From Opitutia bacterium (GTDB lineage Bacteria > Verrucomicrobiota > Verrucomicrobiia > Opitutales > T3Sed10-336), in the NCBI GenBank assembly GCA_003558065.1, contig PWMU01000171.1, forward strand, positions 277 through 64,276: a stretch of DNA of 64,000 nt, given 5' to 3'. This document shows, in pieces, positions 18,449 through 28,095 of this stretch; positions within the stretch are counted from its first letter, which is position 1, and each line of letters starts with the position of its first letter. A program made the position numbers and the translations under genes. Under the pieces are notes generated by a model, which was given only the letters and a program-made list of their open reading frames with translations, was not told the DNA's origin and made no database searches.

Positions 18449-19477
18449 ATGTCCCATGTCAAGGCTTTGGGCGATCCAGGGGTTCGATGCGCGGCTTCCT
18501 CTCCATTCCCTTACACACGTAGAAAGCGAAGCGGAATCGGTCAATATTATAATCCTGGGGCCGCCCCGTCTGTCACGGCTTTTTCATTTGGCCTCTGAAG
18601 GCCGCATGAAAAAGCATTTCAGATCGTGAATTTGAAATTTGAGATTTTTGGTTAAAAAAAGCGGATTAAAGCTTGCAAATGAAAAGACCGTGCCCCGTCT
18701 GTCCCTCCGGAGTATCCGGGTTCGGCGTACGCGAGTCCGGCGAAAGACGGGGTTTCCAACCTTTTGAAATACGCATTCGCTCCTTCCCCGGAAAACACGG
18801 TTTCCGAGCCCGACCGTGTGGAGCGGACCGGCGAGGGGAATGTGTATTCATTCCCCAAGTACAGAAGAAAATGGCGAAACAGTCAGGGTCCTTGAGCTAA
18901 TACTTTACTTCTTCGTCTCAGCCCGTTGATTTTGCTCTTCATGGCGCGGCCATTGCGAGTGGAGTAGCCGGAGTCCATCTACCATGTTACCGGGCGGATG
19001 GTGGGGAGTTGGCGAAATGAACGGCTGCGGTTGTCCCGGGATGCCGGGGCTTATCAAGGGTTCCTGGACCGTCTGGCGGCCGGAGTGGAGGAGCATTACG
19101 TGCGACTTTATCTGTTCTGCCTGAGGGTCAATCGGAAATGTCGTGAAGACATCTCCTTTCGAGGGACGGTGGAGGCCTTGGAACCGGAGCTGATTCCGAA
19201 GGTGGTGAGCCGGGAGTTGGGCGTGGAGGTTGAAAGTTTCAGAGAAAGGCGACGCAGTTCACCGTTACCGGCGCTCGCCGCGAAGTTCCTTCTGCGTTAT
19301 GGCGGTCAAGCCCAGAGGGAGGTGGCGCATTTCCTTGGAATGAGCACTGGTTCGGCCGTCTGCGTGCAGGCGCGGAAATTCGAATCATGGATCGCGGAGG
19401 ATCGACGGCTCGCCCGGGTGGTGCGGAAAATAGAGCGCCGGCTCGACAAGGAGAAGGAAGGTGCGCCGAACCGTTAA
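18449..19477 (+). pseudogene. Decayed IS200/RAYT-like (COG1943-type) transposase with a DnaA-C-like HTH tail
   Basis: The span (343 codons) matches a full-length gene, but only the C-terminal 159 codons are open (18998..19477). That part reads ...RRSSPLPALAAKFLLRYGGQAQREVAHFLGMSTGSAVCVQARKFESWIAEDRRLARVVRKIERRL, a DnaA-C/HTH-like tail. The N-terminal part (MSHVKALGDPGVRC...) aligns positionally with MARKPRIQYPGTVC of copy B and stops after 49 codons. Confidence 0.45.
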
Positions 19478-19480
19478 GCG

Positions 19481-19711
19481 TTAATCCAAGGCTTCCCTGA
19501 TGCGCCCGCTCCGGTCCGCTTTCCCACCCGGTTGCCGTTCCAGATACGCTTCCGCTTCCAGCCGCTGCATCTGCCGCAACAAGCCATTACGGTCGGCCCA
19601 GCCCTCAAAACTCTCGTACGCGTGCCGGTACGACGGATAAAACAGGGCGTCCGCAATCGAAAACATTTTCCACAGAAACAGTTCCGTCGATGCTCTCATA
19701 ACGCGAGCCAT
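19481..19711 (-). pseudogene. Possible truncated N-terminal fragment of a PaaX-like winged-helix regulator, or an orphan small ORF
   Basis: 76 aa: ...ALFYPSYRHAYESFEGWADRNGLLRQMQRLEAEAYLERQPGGKADRSGRI. The sequence ends where full-length homologues, as I recall them, continue. It is wedged between the transposase remnants. Confidence 0.25.
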
Positions 19712-19735
19712 CCTTTCGTTCGCATGATTCTATCG

Positions 19736-19771
19736 CGACAAAAATTTTCCCAGCTGGGAAAATTTTTGTCG
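19736..19771. repeat. Perfect 36-bp palindrome
   Basis: CGACAAAAATTTTCCCAG|CTGGGAAAATTTTTGTCG, followed by TTTTT. It lies 25 bp upstream of the ATG of ORF 19481..19711 (minus strand). Confidence 0.9.
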
Positions 19772-19814
19772 TTTTTCGAGGTTTGTGAGTTGGCGTGAGG
19801 ATCCGGAAGGGTTC

Positions 19815-19860
19815 GGCCCTGGAGTTTTAACATTTACAGGTTCGCACGCGTTGGACTCCT
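19815..19860 (+). repeat. Copy B of the roughly 45-bp leader sequence
   Basis: See 18392..18436. It ends 8 nt before the ATG at 19869. Confidence 0.7.
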
Positions 19861-19868
19861 ATTGGTGA

Positions 19869-20140
19869 ATGGCGCGGAAACCGCGGATTCAATACCCTGG
19901 GACGGTGTGTCATGGAATCAGCCGCGGGAACTTTGGTGGATTACATTCCTTTGAACCCGGTACGTGCGAGTCTTTGCCGGGTGAGAATCTCAGGGGGTAT
20001 GTGCTTTCGAGTTTTCCAAAATACTTTCGAGGGAAGCCGCCGGCGGTCCTGGATCGAGAGACATTTTTATCACTGGCCGGGTTGTCGGATACGGTTGGAG
20101 GAATGAGGAGGTATTGGGAGAGTTTGCGGATAAGGGAAGG
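19869..20140 (+). pseudogene. Truncated, internally deleted IS200/RAYT-like transposase remnant
   Basis: The N-terminus MARKPRIQYPGTVCHGISRGN matches the family start (M.R.PRI.yPGa.YHv..RGN). A second frame (19912..) carries YIPLNPVRA, a motif that normally lies about 120 aa downstream. The rest of ORF 19869..20690 is the antisense shadow of the transporter gene. Confidence 0.5.
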
Positions 20141-20141
20141 T

Positions 20142-21158
20142 TCAGCGCTGATCGACCTTGCCGACGGCGGCTTCGGGGTAGCGGGTGTGGTAATCTTCTC
20201 CGAACAGGCGCTTGTGGACCAGGTTGTTCCGGTGGATCTCCCAATCGCCCTTGCCGATACGGCGGTAAAAGAGAGTGACGAAGGAGGAGGTGATAACAAT
20301 GAAGCTCGAATAAAGGATCGCCAGCCACAGCATTTGGCTCTGCAGGGGTTCGCGAAAACTGAGCAGGATGATGGCGAAAGCGATCGGCCCGTTCTGGATA
20401 CCCGTTTCCAGGGAAACCGAGCGTTTGTAGCGCGGAGGAAGGCGCGTGAGCGAGGACATCCCGTAGCCGAACAGGAATCCGATCAAGCCGACACAGAGGC
20501 TTCCCAAATAGATTTGCCAAGGGGTAATGAGAAACAGATTGCTGTGCCGGATCAGCACGGAACCCAGCAGGAACAGGATGACAACGATCGCCATGAATCC
20601 CGCGGTGTCTTCAGCCGTTTTGGCCCAGTCGGGAGAGACGCGAAGCAGGATCATGCCGCCGGCCACGGGAACCAGAACCAGAAGGAGTGACAGGATGATG
20701 TTCGTGTAAGGCATCACGAAGCCGACGTCGTCCCCGGCTGCCCGCAGATCGGCATCGATCCGGTCCGCGAACCCCGAAGCATAAAGGTCCAGCAGGATCG
20801 GCATCATCACCAGGGCCAGGAGGGTGGAGGCGGCGGTCATGGAAATGCTTAACGCGACCGATCCCCGGGCGAAATAGGCGAACATGTTCGAGGTGGTGCC
20901 GCCCGGGAGGCAGCCGATCAAAATGAGCGCGATAGCAAGCGCCGGCGGCAACTGCAGGAGGACGGCCAGCGAGAACGCGATCAGCGGCATCAGGCCGAAT
21001 TGGGACAAAAAACCGATCAGCATTCCCCGGGGGCGTTCCAGGGCGCTGCGAAAGTCCTTCGGAGTCAGGGTGGCTCCCATGCCGAACATGATGATCAGGA
21101 TCATGATGGCCAAAAGCCCTTGTTCGACGGGATTGAGGAGTTGCTGATTGATTTCCAT
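20142..21158 (-). CDS. Bile acid:sodium symporter (BASS/SBF, PF01758-type) family transporter
   Basis: 338 aa. MFGMGATLTPKDFRSALERPRGMLIGFLSQFGLMPLIAF...IGCLPGGTTSNMFAY is the canonical SBF core. Confidence 0.9.
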   Translation of the reverse strand: MEINQQLLNPVEQGLLAIMILIIMFGMGATLTPKDFRSALERPRGMLIGFLSQFGLMPLIAFSLAVLLQLPPALAIALILIGCLPGGTTSNMFAYFARGSVALSISMTAASTLLALVMMPILLDLYASGFADRIDADLRAAGDDVGFVMPYTNIILSLLLVLVPVAGGMILLRVSPDWAKTAEDTAGFMAIVVILFLLGSVLIRHSNLFLITPWQIYLGSLCVGLIGFLFGYGMSSLTRLPPRYKRSVSLETGIQNGPIAFAIILLSFREPLQSQMLWLAILYSSFIVITSSFVTLFYRRIGKGDWEIHRNNLVHKRLFGEDYHTRYPEAAVGKVDQR

Positions 21159-21238
21159 GGGAGTCGCGGGTTCCGCCGTTCAGCGTTCGAAGCCGGTTTC
21201 ACAGGGGGCCGTTGCCCGCTGGCCTGCGCGGCCGCCCC

Positions 21239-23218
21239 TCATCGCTCAGCCTCCGCGCGGTGGTACATGGCATCGATTTCGGCGCGGTATTTTTCCGTTA
21301 CGACGTGGCGCTTGAGCTTGAAGAGGGTGGTCAATTCCTCGTCGGTGGTGAAGGGTTCCGGGAGGAGCCCGAATGCGTGGAGGCGTTCGTGGACCTTAAA
21401 TCCTTCTTTGTGTGAAATCCGTTGCCGGATCTCCGCGGCAATTCTTTGCCTGACCTCCTTCCGGCCGTTCAGCTCCGACCGGTGGTTCATCGAAATCCCG
21501 AGTTCCGAAAAGCCCTCGAGAGAGGGGACAATCAGTACGCCCGGATACTTCCGGTCCTGGCCGACGACCATGCATTGATCGATCAGGGCGGATTGGTTAA
21601 GGCGCATTTCGATCGGCGCGGGTTCCAAATTTTCTCCGCTGGAGAGTACAATGGTCTCCTTGCAGCGTCCGACAATTTTCAGGCAGTCGTTGAAGGTAAT
21701 GATGCCGATATCGCCGGTACGCAGCCACCCCTCGGCGAGGGCGGCTTTGGTCGCTTCGGAATTGCGGTAGTAGCCCTTCATGATCTGCGGCCCCCGAACG
21801 AGGATCTCGCCTTTCAGGCCTCTGCCGAGATCGTCGCGCGAGCGATCCGGGTAGAGGATCTTTTCCGTATCGAGTGAAACAATACGAATCTCCGTGTCGG
21901 GGATGACCGGCCCGACGGTGCCGATCACCAGTTTTGACGGGGTGCGCACCGCGATGACCGGCGACGTTTCGGTGAGTCCGTAGCCTTCGAGAACGGGGAT
22001 TCCCAGGTAGTTGAAGAACTGGTCGACTTCGCGCGGCAGAGCGCCGCCGCCCGAGACCGATCCTTTGAACGCGCCCCCGACGACCAGGCGAAGCTTTTCC
22101 AGTACCGCGGCATTGAAGAATCCGTACCACGGCAGCAGGAGGGCCCATCTCACCGCGTGAATGATCCCGAGGACGGCGGTGCGGATGCGTCCGCGTCCCT
22201 TGAGATCCAGGCTGCGCCCGGTCAGAAAGAAGACGGACTCCTTGTAATAGTGACTGAGGAAGTAGGCGGTATGAAAGAGCCCCCGGCGCACCGGATGGGC
22301 CTCTTTGACGCGTTTGAGGATCTTCTGGTGAATGCTCTCCCACAGCCGGGGAGCCGAGCCCATGAACGTGGGCTCGATGTTGCGCATGTCGTCGCTCAGT
22401 GTTCTGACGCTTGAGTAGAAGGTGCAACAGCCGCGGCTGACGGCGAGCATTTCGAACACGCGTTCGAAGATGTGCCAGACCGGAAGAATCGATACAACCC
22501 GGTCCGTGCAGGTGACCTCCAGCGGAATGCGTTCCAGTTGGGAAATCATGTTGGCATGCGTCAGCATGACCCCCTTCGGTTCGCCGGTGGTGCCCGAGGT
22601 GTAGATCAGCGTGAACAGGTCATCGGGACTGATCTGAGCCACCCGTTCTTCGACCCGGCGGTCGCCGGCATCGCGGAGCCGGCGTCCGGTTTCGATGAGC
22701 CCGGAAAGCCGGCGGACTCCTTCCGCGGGTTTGGCCCGGGGGTCCAGTAGAATCACTTCCCGGAGTTCCGGCAGCTTTCCGCGCAGACGCAGCAGGCGAT
22801 CCTGAAGGGTTTCCGTTTCAACAAACGCCGTCCGGATGCCGGCGTGGCGGAAAATAAAGGCGATTTCGCCGTCGGTCACATCCCGCCCGCGCGGTACGTC
22901 CGCCGCTCCGCATAACTGTACGCCGTAATCGGCGAGAATCCATTCCAGGCGATTGTCGCCAAGGAGCCCCACGTGGTCACGGGGTTCAACCCCGAGATCG
23001 ATCAGGGCGGTGGCCAGGAAGCATCCCCGGTTGTAAAGCTCCCGAAAGCCTGTGGGCTCCCATTCCAGCGCCTGCCGGCGGGTGGCGAACGCCGGCATAT
23101 CCCCCCATACCCGGGCCGCATTCGCATACAGCTCGGCCAGGTGGGCGCCGGTCACGCGGAAGCCGGCCGGCCGGTTCGATTGAGGTTGCTGCGTAAAGTG
23201 TCCAAAAGCGGAAGTCAT
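21239..23218 (-). CDS. Long-chain fatty acid--CoA ligase (AMP-dependent synthetase, FACS/ACSL-type)
   Basis: The AMP-binding signature is YTSGTTGEPKGVMLTH, with later GYGLTETS and TGDIG...KIVGRCKE motifs. Start chosen at the internal ATG (MTSAFGHF...). Confidence 0.9.
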   Translation of the reverse strand: MTSAFGHFTQQPQSNRPAGFRVTGAHLAELYANAARVWGDMPAFATRRQALEWEPTGFRELYNRGCFLATALIDLGVEPRDHVGLLGDNRLEWILADYGVQLCGAADVPRGRDVTDGEIAFIFRHAGIRTAFVETETLQDRLLRLRGKLPELREVILLDPRAKPAEGVRRLSGLIETGRRLRDAGDRRVEERVAQISPDDLFTLIYTSGTTGEPKGVMLTHANMISQLERIPLEVTCTDRVVSILPVWHIFERVFEMLAVSRGCCTFYSSVRTLSDDMRNIEPTFMGSAPRLWESIHQKILKRVKEAHPVRRGLFHTAYFLSHYYKESVFFLTGRSLDLKGRGRIRTAVLGIIHAVRWALLLPWYGFFNAAVLEKLRLVVGGAFKGSVSGGGALPREVDQFFNYLGIPVLEGYGLTETSPVIAVRTPSKLVIGTVGPVIPDTEIRIVSLDTEKILYPDRSRDDLGRGLKGEILVRGPQIMKGYYRNSEATKAALAEGWLRTGDIGIITFNDCLKIVGRCKETIVLSSGENLEPAPIEMRLNQSALIDQCMVVGQDRKYPGVLIVPSLEGFSELGISMNHRSELNGRKEVRQRIAAEIRQRISHKEGFKVHERLHAFGLLPEPFTTDEELTTLFKLKRHVVTEKYRAEIDAMYHRAEAER

Positions 23219-23385
23219 TTTCGGGAACGAGTGACGACGAACACGAGGCACTAGTTTTTCGGTTTGGGCGCGACAAACGCAACCTTCGTTTTCGGCCGGA
23301 GGGATCATTTGTTGATGAACTATTTCCGAATTTCTTGACCTGGATCAAAGGTTCGAACTAGTTTTCGGCCTATTATTGACGAACC

Positions 23386-23871
23386 ATGAAAACTATCCTG
23401 GCAGCCTGTGGATCATGGTTTGGCGCGAAGCGGGTCGCCGGCTTCGCGAGAAGGGACCGGCGGCCGATGCTGCAGAAGGCGTCGGCCTGCGCCTTGCTGG
23501 CTCTGATTGCATTCGGCCTCAATTTCCACGTGCTGTTTCTGCAGATGTACGGTTGGTCGAACATGACGGTGGATCACCACCGCGAGACCGGATCCTGGGT
23601 GCAGGCCGCGGAACGCACGTTCAGTGGTGAAGCACCGTGCGACTTCTGCAGGCATGTGGCTGAGACGATGCTGACAGGAGGCGATTCCGGGTCGATCGGT
23701 CTCTTCGGTGATACTATCCATCTGACGTGGCTGTTTGTCCTGCCGGTGAAAGTTTCACCCGTAATGCCGTCACCTCCCGGGTATTCGGCGACGATTGATT
23801 CATTCACGACGGAGCCCGACACCCTGACTTTCTCCCCTCAAGCCCCCCCGCCTCGAGGCGCGGCTGCCTGA
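23386..23871 (+). CDS. Hypothetical membrane protein with a CxxC motif
   Basis: 161 aa. It has TM segments plus LQMYGWSNM...TFSGEAPCDFCRHV, a pattern I recall from PVC hypothetical proteins. No function is assignable. Confidence 0.4.
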   Translation: MKTILAACGSWFGAKRVAGFARRDRRPMLQKASACALLALIAFGLNFHVLFLQMYGWSNMTVDHHRETGSWVQAAERTFSGEAPCDFCRHVAETMLTGGDSGSIGLFGDTIHLTWLFVLPVKVSPVMPSPPGYSATIDSFTTEPDTLTFSPQAPPPRGAAA

Positions 23872-24383
23872 ACGAACGTTTCCGCTGTATGCCGGCCAGG
23901 CGGCCGGCAGCGGGAACGGGGTTTCATTCGACCGCGACCCTTCAAACGCGCGTTGTCCACAGGGCGGTGCGCGGGTTTATCGGGAGGCGGATGTGAATCG
24001 CTGCGAAAGTATCCGCACGGCCGCATCGCCGAAAATTCACGGCGCGAAGCCGCTCCCGCATAAACTCCGGGCCGGATTGACAGCCGGCGCGCTTCCGGAG
24101 GTCGCGGCTATTCCGTGCGACGGCGGTACCGTCGCCGGCAAACACCCGCACAGTCAACCAACAACCGGCCTCAGGCCAAAATTCAAAATGCAATCCAATC
24201 TTCAATTACAGGACTCGGAAGAACTCATTTCCCGGATCGATCAACAGGCCGGGATCAGGCCCTCGCCACAACGCGGCACGGGTGCCAAGGTCCCGCGGCG
24301 CGCCTGCCGCGGGTTATATTATCCCAACACCGGAAACCGTTCGGAAGCGCTTCCCGGCGCCTCCGCCGGCCACGCAAAAACCC

Positions 24384-25054
24384 ATGGAGGACTTCTCCGG
24401 GGGTTTACCTTGATGGAATTATTGACGGTGATCGCGGTCATTTCGGTTCTTGCCGGGCTGCTGATTCCGGTCGTTTCGTCGGTTCGCGACAAGGCAAGGT
24501 CCGTCAAGTGTTTGAGCAATGTACGCCAGATCGGCCTGGCGGCCTACCTGTATGCACAGGATCATGACGTGTACGTCGGGTGGGATTCAGTGACCGACCG
24601 GAAGGAACTCCTCTATCCCTATCTGAACACCGGCCGGTCAAACCGTGATACCGAGGGGGACCAGATCTGGCACTGTCCGGATAATACTCAACGCGACCGG
24701 GAAGCCAGCTACGGGTTCAACACGAACCTCAACTGGCAGCCGATCGCCGCCATCCGCCAGCCTTCACGGACCGTGGCCCTTGCGGACGCGGGAATGACCG
24801 ATGCGGGCTAACCCACCCTGGCGACTCACCTGATGCCCCCGTCCCGGACCACGACCTCCAACATCGGGCGTCCCAATCCCAGGCACGATCTCGGAGGCGA
24901 ACCCGCGGTCAGTGTGGCGTTTGCGGACGGACACGCACGAACCATGAAAGTGGCGCCGCCGTTTTATCCGGGAGTTCCGGGTGAGTGGACCGGAAACGGC
25001 GTGACCGATCCGACCGCCCCGGGCTACCAGGACGATCTCTGGGATCTCAACTGA
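24384..25054 (+). pseudogene. Prepilin-type N-terminal cleavage/methylation domain protein of the H-X9-DG (DUF1559-like) class, disrupted
   Basis: GFTLMELLTVIAVISVLAGLLIP is the class III signal. The only nearby ATG (24384, MEDFSGG..) is out of frame by one base at a G5 run (24399-24403). An in-frame TAA at 24809-24811 separates the body from the C-terminal RH...AFADGH motif (ORF 24833..25054, same frame). Confidence 0.7.
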
Positions 25055-25071
25055 ACTCAAGGGGGAAAGTG

Positions 25072-26334
25072 ATGAAAGCATTATACAATCCTGTAACAGC
25101 TGTTGCTTCGCGGTCGCGCCTGGCGACTCTGGGTTTCCTGGTCCTGCCGCTCCTTTTGGCGGGGAGCGGTTGCGGGCGGGTTTCGGGTGATTCGAGGGAC
25201 GGCCAGCCGGACCCGGCTTCCGCGTTCTGTTTCGATGTCGTTGCGGTTGACGGAACGCTGCATCTGCTGTTCGCGCTTCCGCCGGAGACCGATGACGCGC
25301 CGATGAGCCTCTTCCACACGTATTCGAAAGACGCCGCGGCGAGCTGGTCGGATCCGGCGGCGATTCCGGCGGATCACGCTCCGCCGGGGCGCCATGGCCG
25401 GGGCAACGATCCTCAACTGGCGGTTTCGGGCAACCGGTTGATGGCGGTCTGGACCGCGGAAGGCGAAGGGCCCTGGGGGAGCGGGCCGTTGGGAACGGCC
25501 GTCTCGGAAAACGGCGGCCGGACGTGGAGTCCCGGCCCGGCCCCGTCCGATCAGGCGCCTGCAAGTGAAACCGGGTTTCGCTTTCCGGCGGTGGCCGCGG
25601 ATGACGAGGGGTTTCACGCCATCTGGATCCATGCCGTGGATACGGAGCGCAGCCTCAGGCACGCGCGGCTGGAATTCGGCGGCGACGGGTGGTCGGAACC
25701 CGGCGTGATCGATCCGGGAATCTGCGCGTGTTGCTGGAATCGGCTTGAGATTGCCGGGGATGGAACCCTGGTCGCGCTTTACCGGGATCACGACCCCAGC
25801 GATATGGGCCTGGCGACCTCGGGGGACGGTGGCCGGAACTGGGAGCCGCGGGGGCGGGTCGGGGAGTTCGACTGGTATTTCGAAGGGTGTCCCCACGTGG
25901 GCGGCGGCCTCGCTTTGGGAATCGGGGATGACGGGCATCCCCGCATTCTCGCGAGTGTGTGGACCGGAGAAGACGGAGAGAACGGGGCGTACGCCTTTCG
26001 ATCCGGCGATCTCGGAAACTCCTGGAAGCGGGAGGCCATTCCCGAAAGCGCGACCCGGGCCGGGCGAAGCACCGATGTGGCGATCCTGGAAGACGGCACG
26101 GAGGTACTGGTCTGGGATCAGCCGGCGGAGGACGATTCCAAGGAGATTTATTCCGCACTGAAGAAGAACGGCGGCACCTCGTGGGGGAAGCCGCGTCGCC
26201 TGTCCGGGGCGGGGTTGTTCGCGACCCACCCGCGAACTGCCGGCGTCGGGAACACGGCTGTTGTTTTCTGGACCGAGGAAGACCCGCGGGGAGACAGCCG
26301 GTTGTCCTGGCTGCCGCTGAAAGACCCCGATTAG
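25072..26334 (+). CDS. BNR/Asp-box repeat (sialidase-superfamily beta-propeller) lipoprotein
   Basis: The internal ATG has an upstream GGGGGAAAG RBS. The signal ends ...LLLAGSGC. Five Asp-box-like repeats are present: SKDAAASW, SENGGRTW, SGDGGRNW, SGDLGNSW, KKNGGTSW. Confidence 0.8.
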   Translation: MKALYNPVTAVASRSRLATLGFLVLPLLLAGSGCGRVSGDSRDGQPDPASAFCFDVVAVDGTLHLLFALPPETDDAPMSLFHTYSKDAAASWSDPAAIPADHAPPGRHGRGNDPQLAVSGNRLMAVWTAEGEGPWGSGPLGTAVSENGGRTWSPGPAPSDQAPASETGFRFPAVAADDEGFHAIWIHAVDTERSLRHARLEFGGDGWSEPGVIDPGICACCWNRLEIAGDGTLVALYRDHDPSDMGLATSGDGGRNWEPRGRVGEFDWYFEGCPHVGGGLALGIGDDGHPRILASVWTGEDGENGAYAFRSGDLGNSWKREAIPESATRAGRSTDVAILEDGTEVLVWDQPAEDDSKEIYSALKKNGGTSWGKPRRLSGAGLFATHPRTAGVGNTAVVFWTEEDPRGDSRLSWLPLKDPD

Positions 26335-26471
26335 GCTCGAGGGCGTTCGGTCATCGCCGATTCCGGTGCGTTCCGGGTAACGGAACGCGTTCGCGGCGAC
26401 GCCAGCGCGGGCCTTCAGGGGGATTTCCGGGGGTTGCGTTTCGCGGGTTTTGTTTCACACTGTGACGCAGA

Positions 26472-27947
26472 ATGGGAAAAGATTGGTTAAAAGGTGTTGC
26501 CGACTATTATGATGCCGTGGTCATAGGGAGCGGTCTCGGGGGAATGACGGGGGCCAATTGCCTCGCGAAGGCGGGCCACTCCGTCCTGCTGCTGGAGCAC
26601 CATTACCAGCTGGGCGGCCTGGCAACCTGGTTCCGGCGCAAGGGAGGGCATATATTCGACATTTCCCTGCACGGGTTTCCGATCGGCATGATCAAATCCT
26701 GCCGAAAATACTGGAGCCGCGAGATTGCCGATTCGATCGTCCAACTGAAGAACGTCCGCTTCATCAATCCCGAGTTCAACGTCTGGACTACCTTTGACCG
26801 GAAGGACTTCACCCGGATCCTGACCGAGGATTTCGGCGTCACTCCCGAAACGGTCGAGCGATTTTTCCGGACGCTCCGGGAGATGAACTTCTACGACGAC
26901 GATCAGCGCACCACCGGCGAGTTGTTCGAGGAGTTCTTTCCCGGTCGCGACGACGTCAAGCGGCTGCTGATGGAGCCGATCGCGTACGCCAATGGGTCTA
27001 CCCTGGACGATCCCGCGATCACTTACGGCATCGTTTTTTCCAATTTCATGAGCAAGGGCGTCTATACCTTCCAGGGCGGAACCGACGACCTGATCAAGAA
27101 GATGGTTGGCGTGTTGCGAGGCAACGGAGTCGACCTGAGGCGCAACGCGCTCGTCGAGAAGTTGCTGGTCGAGGACCGGGGAAACGGCCGCGAGGTGACG
27201 GGGGTGGTCGCAAACGGAAGAGAGATTCGCTGCGGGGCGGTGCTTTCGAACGCGAACCTCAAGAACACGGTCCTCAAGCTGGGCGGCGAGGAGAACTTCG
27301 ATGACGATTATGTCCGCGAAGTGAAAGAGGTGCGGCTCAACAGCAGTTCCTCGCAGGTTTACATGGGGATCAGGAAAGGGGAAAGCATTCCCAATATCGG
27401 CGACCTCGTCTTCACCTCGGGTTCGCCGACCTTTTCCAGCGAAGAACTGGTGCGGCGGGACACCCGGAGCCGCACCTTCTCGGTCTATTACCCGGAGGTT
27501 CGCCCGGGAAGCGACCGTTACACGATTGTGGCGTCGCTCAACGCGCGTTACGAGGACTGGAGGGATCTTTCCGAGGAAGAGTACCAGGCTGAAAAGCAAC
27601 GGATGATCGAGGAATCGCTCGATGCCCTGGAGACTTACATTCCGGACATTCGCCGGAAAGTGGATCACCTGGAAGCCGCCACGCCGCGGACCATCGAGCA
27701 TTACACCCGGCACATGGCGGGAACCTCGTTCGGGACGAAGTTCGAAGGCTTGAAGTGCTCGATGGATCTTCCGGAAAAGCTTCCCGGGCTCTACCATGCC
27801 GGGTCCGTCGGCATCATCATGTCGGGATGGCTCGGCACGATCAATTACGGGGTTATCGTTTCCAACAAGGTCGACAAATACCTTCATGCCCGAAAACAGG
27901 GAGCCGGAGCGGAGCAGGGTTCGCCGACGGCGTTTGCCACGTCTTGA
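26472..27947 (+). CDS. CrtI/RetSat-like NAD(P)/FAD-dependent oxidoreductase (phytoene desaturase family), copy 1
   Basis: The Rossmann motif is [37 protein letters not shown], and the C-terminal segment is [18 protein letters not shown]. It is paralogous to 51952..53436. Confidence 0.85.
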   Translation: MGKDWLKGVADYYDAVVIGSGLGGMTGANCLAKAGHSVLLLEHHYQLGGLATWFRRKGGHIFDISLHGFPIGMIKSCRKYWSREIADSIVQLKNVRFINPEFNVWTTFDRKDFTRILTEDFGVTPETVERFFRTLREMNFYDDDQRTTGELFEEFFPGRDDVKRLLMEPIAYANGSTLDDPAITYGIVFSNFMSKGVYTFQGGTDDLIKKMVGVLRGNGVDLRRNALVEKLLVEDRGNGREVTGVVANGREIRCGAVLSNANLKNTVLKLGGEENFDDDYVREVKEVRLNSSSSQVYMGIRKGESIPNIGDLVFTSGSPTFSSEELVRRDTRSRTFSVYYPEVRPGSDRYTIVASLNARYEDWRDLSEEEYQAEKQRMIEESLDALETYIPDIRRKVDHLEAATPRTIEHYTRHMAGTSFGTKFEGLKCSMDLPEKLPGLYHAGSVGIIMSGWLGTINYGVIVSNKVDKYLHARKQGAGAEQGSPTAFATS

Positions 27948-28095
27948 GACGGCTTTCCGGCCGGGTTCGGATTGCGGCATGCCGGGCGGCTCCCGGCGAG
28001 CGCCCCCCGAACCGCGTCGCCCCGCCGTTGATCCTTGAAACGGGGCCGTAAACAAGGTACCGGTTTTTCTTTTCTCATCTAAAACACCGTCCAGC

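Noticed and set aside
21239-23218. The AMP-dependent ligase as the missing OleC
   Set aside because: It is about 660 aa with ACSL/FadD-type long-chain acyl-CoA synthetase features, it is 6 kb away on the opposite strand, and it is separated by unrelated genes. It is more plausibly a general acyl-CoA supplier.
24292-24313. Hairpin CCCGCGGC-gcgcct-GCCGCGGG followed by TTATATTAT upstream of the prepilin pseudogene
   Set aside because: It could be a terminator or part of a promoter, but it has no clear U-tract and no adjacent intact gene. The support is insufficient.
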